Source: Octopus sinensis (taxonomy: Eukaryota). Taken from it: a DNA stretch of 64,000 nucleotides. Position numbers and translations under genes: made by a program. Positions 26,449 to 38,112 of this stretch are shown here, piece after piece. The DNA is taken from assembly GCF_006345805.1 (NCBI RefSeq), contig NC_043001.1:107074001-107138000 (forward strand), read 5' to 3'. Every line of letters begins with the position of its first letter. Position 1 is the first letter of the stretch. The notes beneath the pieces were generated by a model that saw only the letters and a list, made by a program, of their open reading frames with translations, did not search any database and was not told where the DNA came from.

Positions 26449-26710
26449 AAATAAACAATACGAAGAGAGTAATGCAATTGTAATAGATATTTCATTGGTG
26501 GAAAGATATTTTATTGGTTGAACGGTATGGCGACAGCTTGCCTTTCTTCGTCGAGTTCAAAATGAAAACTGATACACAGAAATTTAAAGTTTTGAATTTC
26601 TGTGTATCACTTTTCATTTCGAACTCGACAAAGACAGACAAGCTGTCAAAATATCGTTCAGCAAACAAAATATCTATTGAAATTGCACCACGCGCTTCAT
26701 ATTGTCTATC
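26449..26710. mobile_element. Palindromic (fold-back) unit with hammerhead-like arms
   Basis: Axis near 26589; arm gaac-TCGACAA-a gacag acaag ctgtc-aaaa-tatc-gttc. Confidence 0.7.
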
Positions 26711-27051
26711 ATACCCTGATGCAATACCAGGCAGTGGCTCTCATGGCTTCTGATCTTAACTGGTTGGAAGTGTTATCATGTACATTGTTTTGTCTTGGTA
26801 TAAAAGATGGACTACAGCAAATATTCTGCTCAATACCACAGATTCGCTTGTCAGTTGTTTGACCTTAACCAGTTGAGCATGTCCCTTAGTGGCTGACGAT
26901 ATGTGCATCTCTGAACATGAGCAGAAGTAGTGGGGGAGCATCATGGCCATGTGTTGAAAGGAATTCATTGGGGTTTGGATAATTCACCTTTGGAAACATG
27001 GGTGTTTTGTTCAACATTCTTAAACAACCCTTATTCAAGGATCTTTTGAGA

Positions 27052-27359
27052 AGGATGGGCTACTCGACCTGAAGTAAATAAACAATAGGCAGAACCGAAG
27101 TGCGCGATTCGATTGCAATAGATATTTCATTGGTTGAACGATATTGTGACAGCTTGTCTGTCTTTGTCGAGTTCAAAATGAAAAGTGATACGTAGAAATT
27201 CAAAACTTTAAATTTCTGTGTGTCTGTTTTCATTTTGAACTCGACAAAGAGACGCTAGCTGTCAAAATATCGTTCAACCAATGAAATATCTATTGCAATC
27301 GAATCGCGCTCTTCGGTTTTGTCTATTGTTTATTTACTTCAGGTCGAGTAGCCCATCCT
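27052..27359. mobile_element. 308-bp palindrome of the same family
   Basis: aggatgggctactcgacctgaagtaaataaacaatag... / ...ctattgtttatttacttcaggtcgagtagcccatcct; axis near 27205. Confidence 0.8.
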
Positions 27360-27364
27360 CCTCC

Positions 27365-27404
<40 letters not shown>

Positions 27405-27409
27405 TATAT

Positions 27410-27760
27410 AATTATTATGTCCGTCCTTGTCAACTATAGCCATGGGCATCACATAGGGAAAGAAGACGGGACATGGTGGGTTCGGGTGTGGACAATCAGT
27501 CAGATTCGTGTTCGGAAAGCTCTGCCTCAGGTTGGGCGCTGGTGTCTGCTGCGAATGAAGTCAAGGAGCTGGTTCTGGATTTGCATAGTTCGCGATATCT
27601 TTCTACCTTTGCAATCCTGTTTTGTTCATAAGAAGTAGCGCCTCTTTTTAGGCAGCTTTTCCAGGGTGGGCGGTCTTGTGCTTGCATTTTTCAGGTGTTG
27701 GGATTGATACCAAAACCGTTTAGTAAGGCTTTGAGTGTGTCTTTGATGTGCTGTTTCTGT
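27410..27760 (-). mobile_element. RTE-like LINE 3' end
   Basis: AQDRPPWKSCLKRG resembles the RTE C-terminal AxDRxxW motif; adjoining (TGA)n tract. Confidence 0.5.
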
Positions 27761-29314
27761 CCCCCTTCCTGTTCAAAAGTAGACGGAAAGTATAAAAGAT
27801 TCCTCGTACTTAACCAGTGACAGAGAAATTAAGTTGATCCTCCCTCCAAAAATTGAAACTGTACTTTGGGTCAGAACTGATCCAACTTCTCTTGCTTCTT
27901 AAACCAGGATACCAGAGAAATGCAGAGAGCGTTATAGTCTTTCATCATCTGTGTTTGTTATACTATATCATCTGTGTTTGTTTACTATATTACAATCGTC
28001 TTTATCGCTTTTCTTTTTGACCGCAATTCAAGATCGCGTGGAATGTGACGTGCAACACATTCTCTTCCTCAGCCAGGGTCATTCAGCAATAGTCTATTGG
28101 ACAGATAGTGCAAAATTTAGAGCCCTTCCAGTATCTGGGTAACCAAATTATCACAGAATGCAGATACTGATGATCAAACATCAGATAAAATGTACCAGCA
28201 AAACTTTTTTGTCGTTTCAGATGATGTTAAAAAAAAAGGTCCTTCCCGAAATATACAGGCACGCAGGGCCTGTTTTCAGGTTTCCGTGGCATATATATTC
28301 CCTGCTGGGCGGAACGCCAACCCGTCGCAGGATTACTAATTTTTGCCTGTTGACTAAGCTGGAGCAATGAAAAAATGAAGTGTTTTGCTCAAGAGAACAA
28401 GGTGTCGCCAGGTTGAGGAATCGAAACCGCAATCTTACAATCATAACTCCAAAATCCTAACCCCTAAGCCACGCGTCTCCACGTTTCAGATGATCGGTTT
28501 AAGAAGGTCATAATCTGAGACAAACTTTTGATGTATACAAGGCAATTATCGTGCCCACTTTCCTAGCAGATTCTGAAACCTCTACAGGTTAAAGACAATA
28601 TTTTCGTTAGCTAGAAGCGTTAAAAACAAGAACGTTTGAGAAAATCATGTACATTTTTGTCATGGTTTAACGATAAGGAAATCAAAGATTCATAACAAAT
28701 AGAAAGGAAACTGATATTATGAGAAAATTATCTAATAATATTAATTGACTTTTTTTAGATCCATTAGGACATGGTATAACTTTACGCACTTTGAAGCTGG
28801 AAAGGGAAGTTCTGGAAAGATACAAGACTCAATATTAAGAAGTAAAGGAGACTCGCACAGATACTATGACGAGAAGCACCATTTCAAAATGTAATTATTT
28901 TTCTTTCTTAATCTAATTAATCTAACCAGAGATATTTGCAGGCATAGCATATTCCAGTGAGTACAGCTGAGAATATGTTTCTTATTTGAGAACAGTAAAC
29001 CCACTTTCTATATTTTCTTCATTTAGTTCGATAAATTTTTAGAATATTTAAAATATTTTTCGGACATATAAGTAAAAAAACAAAAATAATCCCACCCCAA
29101 AAAATAAAACAAAACGAAACAAAAACAACAAAAAATTCCGAAATTTCCGAAAACTCAGAAAGTAGAAACACATTCACAATTTACGAAAAATGTTCTTAGA
29201 CGATAGACAGAAAATTTTAAATTTAAGAATTTTAAAGTTACACACGCACACAGACATACACATGTATATACGCACATATATATGCTTACTCAGACCGAAT
29301 GCATGTATACTCAT

Positions 29315-29444
<130 letters not shown>

Positions 29445-29519
29445 TTACAATGGTGGTGCCCCAGCATGACCGCAGCTTCAAAGCTGAAACAAGTTAAAAA
29501 CAAGTTCATAGGGCAGATC

Positions 29520-30910
29520 ATCAAATCAGGCAGCTAGCCATTGCTTCATGCATTTCAAAGGCTGTTATCGGCCTTTCGCAGCGCCTTACTTCCGTCGCCG
29601 TGAGCCGTGGCAGCTCGTTGAGGTAAGACGTGAAATCCATCCTGCTTTCCGGCTCACTGCTACTCTCGAACAGTTGAGCGAAGCACCGCTGAAAAGCCTC
29701 ACACATATGTTTCGGATCAGTTATCATTTCCTCATCGTGACCCAGCAAAGATAGGATTGTAGATTTATCGACACGCCGTGCTTCTGCCACTCGGACCCAT
29801 TAAACGGCGTTCATCCTTTCGTGTCTAAGAGTTTAGTTCTGACAATGCAACCTTTGCGTTTTGCGTTGAAGAATTGGTCGACTACTAATATCGCAGTGAG
29901 CATGTCGGTCGCGATGCCTTTTCTAAAAGCCTCGTCTAACTCCCTGTTTCTTTCTACTGCTAGTCCTTTGCTAAACCTTATTGGTTCTATTCTAATCACC
30001 CTCTTCCGGGCGAACCACCATTTATTATTGATAATTGCTTCCGTCAACGCCCGCTTAACTAGTTCACTAATCCCGTCTCTGAAATCTTTACGCGTTGGCA
30101 ACGACGCATTCAGCTCCCAGTCATCATCATCATCATCATTGTTCGACCGTGGTTGAGACAATGGAATTTACCATGCTACGCCAGACTTCACTGTCCATCA
30201 TAGCATTACCGAGTTCCTGTTGCTGGATGCCTGTATCCCTGGAGATTACATCTGGGTAGGAGAGTGTGCGCCCTCTGGTATCGCGAGTAGATGGCTTCCA
30301 GAGGAGAAGAGTAGAAATTGCCTTGTTTTCAGCTCTATAACAATGTCCAGCAAACTGGACTCTCCTACCTTTCACAAGAGATGATACAGATGGTAGTTTC
30401 CCATATATTTGCATTTTGGTTGGATGACGCTTCCACAAGATATTTTGACTCTCATAAGGAGGCGAGTGTAGGTTCCATCCAACCGCCTCTCAAGCTTCTT
30501 TGATAACGTCCAGAGGCTCCCAGTACCCGGGTCCCTGTCTATGGATCTTATCTAAATCGATTGTACAGACCACGAATTTGTGGTCTGTACAATCGACTAT
30601 TTTGAATTGTGGACAACCTATGCTATCTTTACCTGCTGCTCTACAGAATACCCAATGTAGATAGGATCTGGTTGCTCAGATGCGGTTTGACCAGGTCCGA
30701 CTGGCACGTCAGGGAATTCCAGTCGATACCTCTCAGACAGCTGCAATCGTCGATTTGCGAGGCTTTAGCCCCCTTCCCTCCTATCTGCTAAACCACACAG
30801 TCCCACAGGGAAGAGGGCGACAGAATAGGAGGAAAGCCTGAGGGAAGGTTGGTGGGAGATACGGCTCCCCCCCTCAATGCTGCAGTGATGGCCGGAAGTC
30901 ACGCCATCTT
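29520..30910 (-). mobile_element. Tx1-clade LINE ORF2 fragment, interrupted by an RTE-type 3' end
   Basis: PGYWELNAS and IINNKWWFA.K match the Tx1-like copies at 34-35 kb and 52-54 kb. Confidence 0.7.
30121..30515 (-). mobile_element. 5'-truncated RTE/RTEX-type LINE with (TGA)n tail and TSD gctcccag
   Basis: RRVQFAGHCYR...LLLWKP...DSEVWR; gctcccag at 30113-30120 and 30516-30523. Confidence 0.8.
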
Positions 30911-31229
30911 GAATGTATTCTTTTACTCTTTTACTTGTTTCAGTCATTTGACTGTCGCCATGCTGGAGCACCACCTTTAGTCGAGCAACTCGACCCCAGG
31001 ACTTATTCTTTGTAAGCCTAGTACTTATTCTATCGGTCTCTTTCGCCGAACCGCTAAGTTACGAGATCGTAAACACACCACCATCGGTTGTTGGGGGTGG
31101 GGAGATAGTTACACAAATACATACGCACATACATACATACATACATACATACATACATACACACACACATACATACATACACACACACATACATGCATAC
31201 ATACATATATACATAAATACATACATACA

Positions 31230-31265
<36 letters not shown>

Positions 31266-31631
31266 TATAATGTACGACAAGGTTCTTCCAGTTTCTGACT
31301 ACGAAATCCACTCACAAGGCATTGGTCGACCCAAGGTGCCACGCAGTGGGACTGAACCCGGAACCTTGTGGTTGGAAAGCAAGCTTCTTACCACACATTC
31401 ACGTCTGCGCCTGAAAGTGGGTGTTTTATGAAGGTAAAAACATTGCCCCTTACGGGACAAAAAACAACAACAGAACCCCAAGTAAGAAATTCCTGGTGTT
31501 CCCAACAACAAGTTTAAACTAAAACTTAGAACACAAATCAATTAAAACAGGTGAAAACAATAATTGTAACACAGTCTCACGCAGCGTCTTCGAAAACATA
31601 TGCTTACACCTCCGCAGCAAATATAATAATG

Positions 31632-31691
<60 letters not shown>

Positions 31692-31694
<3 letters not shown>

Positions 31695-32253
31695 TGCCCT
31701 GATGCAGCACCAGGCGGTGGCTCTCATGGCTTCTGATCTTAACTGATTGGAAGTGTTATCATGTACATTGTTTTGTCTTGGTATAAAAGATGGACTACAA
31801 CAAATATTCTGCTCAATACCACAGATTTGCTTGTCAGTTGTTTGACTTTATTTAACCAGTTGAGCATGTCCCTTAGTGGCTGACGATATGTGCATCTCTG
31901 ACCACGAGCAGAAGTAGTGGGGGAGCATCATAGCCATGTGTTGAGAGGGATTCTTTGGGGGTTTGAATAATTCACCTCTGGAAACATGGGTGGTTCTTTC
32001 AACATCCTTAAACAACTCTTATTCAGGGACCTTTTGAGTGGGATGGGCTACTCACCTGAAGAAAATTCTAACTGGGCCCCACCTGCAAGGTCATGTGCTG
32101 TTTATCTTGATATGAGATCACCATGTCGCGCACATATGGTTGTGATGCATGTGCCTGGTGTACACTTATCAGATGGGTAGTCATGATGGGTATATTGGGC
32201 TTCGTATATTTTACCCCAGTGTCACTTTGATGGCATGAACTTCTCTCTCACTC
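31692..32253 (+). mobile_element. About 560-bp non-coding element D inserted in (AAT)n (copies 62061..62636 -, partial 26714..27074 + and 62742..62890 -)
   Basis: High identity among copies; full copies are flanked on both sides by (TAA)n in the same orientation; no long ORF. Confidence 0.8.
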
Positions 32254-32317
<64 letters not shown>

Positions 32318-32651
32318 GTGCCTCTAAAAGAAATGGAGAAACTTTCAAAATACAAAGACCTGGAAATAGAGGTATCTCGAATGTGGAATCTAAAAACAGA
32401 AACAATTCCTATAATAGTAGGCGCATTAGGCATGATAAAGAAATATTCAGACAAATACATAACAAAAACACCAGGACTTACAAACACATATAACATACAG
32501 AAAATTGCACTACTAGGCACTGCACACATCCTCCGCAGAACACTTTCAATACAGTAACCATCAAAGCATCACAACAAATCACACCACATACCCAAGGCAC
32601 ACAGAGCTGCGCTCGGTAGTGAAATGAAAGCAAGCTATAAAACTAAAACTA

Positions 32652-32656
<5 letters not shown>
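32318..32656 (+). mobile_element. R4/Dong-clade non-LTR element 3' end (restriction-like endonuclease C-terminus) in (TAA)n; related pieces at 26148..26372 -, 48400..48690 + and 62955..63270 -
   Basis: KEMEKLSKYKDLEIEV.RMW...IPIIVGALG...IQKIALLGTAHILRR; (L/M)(H/Y)GQ(Y/F)...W...E....AAQ motif in the related pieces. Confidence 0.8.
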
Positions 32657-32699
<43 letters not shown>

Positions 32700-33109
32700 T
32701 CTTTCTACTACAGGCACAAGGCCTGAAATTTTGGGGCATGGGACTCTAGTATTTAACTGGTACTTATTTAATCGACCCTGAAAGAATGAAAGGCAAAGTC
32801 GACCTCGGCGGAATTTGAACTCAGAACGTAGCAGCAGACGAAATACCTAGTTCTTTATTACCCACAAGGGGCTGAACATAGAGGGGTCAAACATGGACAG
32901 ACATAGGTATTAAGTCGATTAGATCGACCCCAGTGCTTAACTGGTACTTAATTTATCGACCCCGAAAGGATGAAAGGCAAAGTCGACCTCGGCGGAATTT
33001 GAACTCAGAACGTAACGGCAGACGAAATACCGCTAAGCATTTCGCCCGACGCACTAATGATTCTGTCAGCTCACTGCCTTACATGCTGCTGCTGCTGCTG
33101 CTGCTGCTG

Positions 33110-33148
<39 letters not shown>

Positions 33149-33149
33149 C

Positions 33150-33206
<57 letters not shown>

Positions 33207-33243
33207 TAATAATAATAATGACAATAATAGTATAATATTAATC

Positions 33244-33785
33244 AGACAATAAGAAGAGCGCGAAGCGATTTGTTATCTAATGTTTATTTAACGGTTTGAA
33301 CAATATTTCGACAAATTGTCTGTCTTCATCAAGTGCAAAATGTAAAATGAAAAACAGATTCAAAAACACAGAAATTCAAATTGTAAACGAGAAAATCTGT
33401 GATCCTGTTTTGATAGAATGGCATTATCAGTTTTCAGTTTTGTAACTTGTAAAAGGAAAAAGAAAGAAAAAAGATCATTTAGTTGAACGGTTTTATGTAA
33501 ACATTATGAAATTCAACTGTCATTTTCAAGGATATTCCTCCAGGAATATTCTTTTTTTTTTTTTTTCCTTTTTTCTTTTACCAACTACAAAATTGAAAAC
33601 TGATGATGTGGGGGAGGGGACTAGTCGAGATAGGAACGCAGAATTTCCTAGTTCACATTTCGTATTTCCGTGTTTCTGTAGCTCTTTTCATTTTACATTT
33701 TGAATTTAATAGATCTGTCGAAATATCGCTCAAACCGTTAAATAAACTATCTATTACAAATCGCATCGCGCTCTTCTTATTGTCT
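33244..33785. mobile_element. 540-bp degenerate palindrome of the 26.5/27.2 kb family; hammerhead motif on the - strand at 33295..33339
   Basis: agacaataagaagagcgcga... / ...tcgcgctcttcttattgtct; reverse complement TTGATGA-a gaca gacaatt tgtc-GAAA-tat; right arm ctgtc-GAAATATC-gctcaaa. Confidence 0.75.
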
Positions 33786-33849
33786 ATCTACCTTCGTGGA
33801 GAGTTAGGTCAATCTCCATGAAATAATTATAATAATAATCCTTTCTTTA

Positions 33850-35800
33850 TTAGCAATAAGAACCGACAGCAATATGATTGGACATTACAAAACATGGACA
33901 TGTGGGGTTGCATAAAGTGCCGTGTACAAAGACGATAAGGAAAAATAAAACAAAGAAAATGCCTAACAGAAGCAAGTAACTCAGGGTTACTCATGGCAAC
34001 CACAAGCGCCCTGGTCACTAGAGCAAGAGCCCTCGCCTCATCTTTCTCTCTCTCTCAGCCTTGGAAACACAAAAGCGCATGCTCAAAGCAGGCCCGTTGA
34101 CACGGACCATCTTCGCCACATTCACCGACCTTTTAACAAATTTGCTGGAAGTCAGCACTTCTCTCTCAACCCTCACTTTCCTTTTCAGATGATATCTGAA
34201 AAAGTTGATGAGGAGTAGGCTAGAGAGGAAAGTATCTGTCTTCGATCCTTTCAGTCTACAGCACCACACAACTTCTTTCGCTACACCCACGAGACAGATG
34301 AAAATTGCCTCCCCATGCCGGCCAAAGGAAGGCGGTGGGGCAATCTTCATGATGGAATCAGCCAACAAGCGGACACGTCCTCTACGTGACAGCAGGTATT
34401 CGACATAAACCCATATACCAGATATGCCCGGGCACTGGACGAGTGCGTGCAGAACGGTTTCGTCGCTCTGAGCACATCTCGGGCCAGTCCGACTGACGGT
34501 ACATCCGAGCTTGTAGAGTTTATTTGGAACATGTAAAGCACCCCCCCCCACTCGTAGCACTGCCAGGCCAAGAATTTCTGTAAGTTATCCATAGGCCCCA
34601 GCCCGAAAGTCCTCTGGAACAGACTGGCGAATTGAAATTCGTCGACGCCTAGAGTCTCCCCGAGAACGTCGTCGTCGTTTCCTTTCATCACTAACCCTTT
34701 ATACAACGTCATAGTAGAACTTCCACTAACTGCATTGCCCGACTGGCTGAGGTGTGTGAACACCTGGCGACACTCAAGGTGCCAGACTCCCAGCCGCTGT
34801 CTACGCTTGATCCAAGATTGCAACTCTGTCAAAGAGTTTCTACTTAGATGGACCTTTTTAGGTTATACCACCATTTATTGTTGGCGATTTCTCCCTTCAA
34901 AGCTTTCTGAACTAAATCTTTAATCCGGTCTCTATAAGCTCAGCACGCCGGGAGTGACTTGTTCATCTTCCAGTATCCGGGGCCTTGTCTGCGTATCCTA
35001 TCTAAGTCGATGTCACCAATTTGTGATCTGTGTAGCCGACGATTTGAAACTGGACAACTAATACTATACCTATCTAAAGACTTGCAAAATACTCTATCTA
35101 GATACGATCTGGATGTTCCGATGCGGTTTGCCCATGTCCCCACTGGCATATTCGGGAAGTCCAGCCGGTACCTATCAGACAGTTGAAAGAGTCTGAGCAG
35201 AGTTGCGAGACTTTTGCAACTTGCTTTCCTATTGGCTAGCCACACACAATCCAATTGTGTATCTAAGATGGCGTTGAAATCGTCCACTAACACTAAAGGT
35301 TGGGACGTACCCAGGAAAACCTTCAGACACCTGAAGTATTCCAGCTGTCCTACATCTATCGGTGCGTAAACAGCCACCAGTCTGAAGGCCCCACCGTTAC
35401 AACCATTCATGTCCAGGACCTCCAGCTTACCTTCTGAGTCCAAGAAGACTGACCTTATTTTGAGACACAGACCTTTCCAAAACAATACTGAGCTATCCCC
35501 ACCACCAATTCCCTGCCGACACAGAGATGCGAAGATCTCGTAGTCATCGAAAATGGGCATGAAAGCTCGCGGTTCAGTTAGTCTGGATTCAGTCAGTAAT
35601 GAGGTCGTTGAGTGGGTGACTTTTTTTCCAATGGAACCCCAGGCCACGTACATTTATGCTACCTATTTTGAGTATAACCATTTAAGTGGCTGGTAAGGAG
35701 AAAAAGGAGAAGACTATTTATCGTTAGTTCTCTGGGGTGGAAGCGGAGCAGATATCCCGCTCCTTAAGTGGAGTGTGGTGGTCTCCATGACCAAGGATTT
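33850..35800 (-). mobile_element. Internally deleted Tx1-clade LINE (APE domain joined to C-terminal zinc finger and 3' UTR)
   Basis: FRLVAVYAP, LVDDFNAILD, SYLDRVF, GPGYWKMNKSL; CAQSDETVLHALVQCP. Confidence 0.85.
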
Positions 35801-36268
35801 ATTGAGGCTCCAGGTCACTTTCGTGTTGTAGCCTCCAACCGCCTGTGGAAATTTGGATTTTATATTGCTGTATGTACGTTGCGATGTTCGAAGTATCTGT
35901 ATGTGTGGTGAAAATTATTATAACTGAAAATTATTTAAGAATGATCCCTGGCTTACCATCTATGCAGGAAGTGCGAAAGATTGTCTTAAATGATATGTCA
36001 TACGTATTGAGAAGAGCATTGCCGCTGAAAATTTTATTTCCCTTTTTCCATTTTATTTTCTTTGCTTGCTTTTTTTAAATTTTAATTTTTAAAATTTTTT
36101 GTCTCTGTCTTTCTTCCCGTTATTCTCTATCACATGACTCTGTAAATGGACAATTTGGTGTGTTTATTTTAATGGCCTACCAATGTATATAATGCGTTTA
36201 TCTGCCCTTGATGTGAGGAAGACACTCGACAAGAAATGGAAACAGAATTTAAAGAAGATGATAATGTA

Positions 36269-36322
<54 letters not shown>

Positions 36323-36601
36323 CATAGTTTCAAATTTTGGCACAAATGCTATGAGGTTGTTTGTTGAGTTAGATATTTTAATTGATTGGGTAAGTTGTAG
36401 TTTTAGAAAGGTTAAGTCGATTACATCGACCCTAGTATTTTACTGGTACTTAATTTATCGACCCCGAAAGGATGAAAGGCAAATTCGACCTCGGCGGAAT
36501 TTGAACTCGGAACGTAAAGACGGACGAAATACCGCTAAACATTTTGCCCGGCGCGGTAAATATTCTGCCAGTTCACCGCCTTAGTAATAATAATAATAAC
36601 G

Positions 36602-36639
<38 letters not shown>

Positions 36640-36902
36640 TGCTGTTTCTGGACGAAAACAATTTAAATTATAACCAGAACTTGGCTAGAATTTAAAATAA
36701 TAATTAAAATTATGGTTAATATTTGTAGCATAAATTCTTGGCTGCAAATTTCATTTCGTGGGTGGAGAAGTATGTTTTGATCAATAATAAGTATCAAATA
36801 TTTAGCTCAATATAGTCAACTATAATATCTTGAAAAATTCAGGAATAAGATTTATGTTATTGTTACATACCTCAATATAACGTTTCCTTTTTCCTTTTGC
36901 AG

Positions 36903-38005
36903 GTAAATATGGATATGTATTTCTTTGTACCTTCCTTTTCGCTTCCATATTTTTGATGTATCTACAAAAAGAACAATATCCTTTTCAAATATTACAAATG
37001 TTAAAACCAATACTGAACAATGTCGAAAACTCGACTCGCCTTAACACAACAATTTCTAAAACACCGTTGACTCACCTTATGACTACAACTTCAAAAACAC
37101 CATCGAGCAGTCTTAAGGCAATACTTTCTAAAACACCATCGACTCGCCTTACGAATACAAGTTTGGAAAAGTGGAGAGGAAGGTTGAAATACCTTTGTGT
37201 CAGTTTAATTGGAAGGTTGGGTAATCAAATGTTTATATTTGCTTCTGGTTTAGGGATAGCAAATATTAACAATATGAGTATGGTTGTTCAGGAAGGAATA
37301 GAACATTTACAAAGTGTATTTGATATACACAATACTGAGAAAAATAAAAAATTGTGCAAAAATGCTAAAGCAAAATATCACCGAAAGGCTTCCGCTTTTG
37401 ATCCTAGATTGTTTAATATTAGTAATATAGACACGGTTCATGTCGGACATTATTTACAGTCATACAAGTATTTCGAACACATATATGATGAAATCCGTTC
37501 TCAATTCACTTTTAAAAAGGAGATTAAAGACAAAGCCGACAAAATTTTAAAGAATATTGTTGAGAAACATAGAAAAGTTAACAATGCGTCGTTGAACTGG
37601 ACACTAGTAGGAATACATGTTCGACGAGGTGACATGGTTAATCATAACTATGGTTATACTGTGGCTACTAAGGAATATTTCGTAAAAGCAAAACAGTGGT
37701 TCCAGTCCCATTATACAAATGTAATATTTGTGGTAGCTTCTAATGGTTTGCAATGGTGTAAAGACAACATATCAGACAATAGTACTTATTTTATAAATGG
37801 AAACTCTGCAGGAGAAGACATGGCTATTTTGAGCAGCTGTGAGCATTTAATTTCTTCTGTAGGTAGTTACAGCTGGTGGTCAGGATTTTTGTGTAGAGGA
37901 AATGTCACTTACTATTTCCCACCAGCCAGAGAAAATTCTGGACTTCGAAAAGCGTACAGTGCTGACTATATGGACTATTTTCAGCCAAAATGGATTCGTC
38001 TTTAG
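36903..38005 (+). CDS. Terminal coding exon of a galactoside alpha-(1,2)-fucosyltransferase (CAZy GT11, FUT1/FUT2-like); start codon lies in an unidentified upstream exon
   Basis: 350-aa ORF with GT11 motifs GRLGNQMF, VGIHVRRGDM (GDP-fucose binding), FVVASN and EDMAILSSCEHLISSVGSYSWWSGFL. The frame extends upstream to a polypyrimidine acceptor (tttccttttgcAG, AG at 36901-36902), adding the hydrophobic anchor KYGYVFLCTFLFASIFLMYL. An in-frame TAA at 36878 means a phase-1 intron is required. Confidence 0.9.
37031..37170 (+). repeat. 36-bp (12-aa) tandem repeat encoding the Ser/Thr-rich stem of the fucosyltransferase
   Basis: STRLNTTISKTP / LTHLMTTTSKTP / SSSLKAILSKTP / STRLTNTSLEK; DNA motif aaaacacc recurs every 36 nt. 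Confidence 0.8.
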
Positions 38006-38106
38006 ATATTCTGATGAAATGTATTCAATGAAATTGGTAAAGCATCGGATTCGTGTGATTGCTTATCATGTCTTCAAGTGTTCAGTCTCTACGTCCATAA
38101 TTTTGT

Positions 38107-38112
38107 AATAAA
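38107..38112 (+). terminator. Candidate polyadenylation signal of the fucosyltransferase gene
   Basis: AATAAA about 100 nt after the stop codon; AT-rich background limits certainty. Confidence 0.35.

Noticed and set aside
32040-32100. Possible HDV-like ribozyme inside element D
   Set aside because: A P1-like pairing is possible, but P1.1 and P3 could not be assigned.
35845-36078. Candidate first exon of the fucosyltransferase
   Set aside because: The ATG/GT combinations examined give phase 0, but the acceptor at 36903 needs phase 1.
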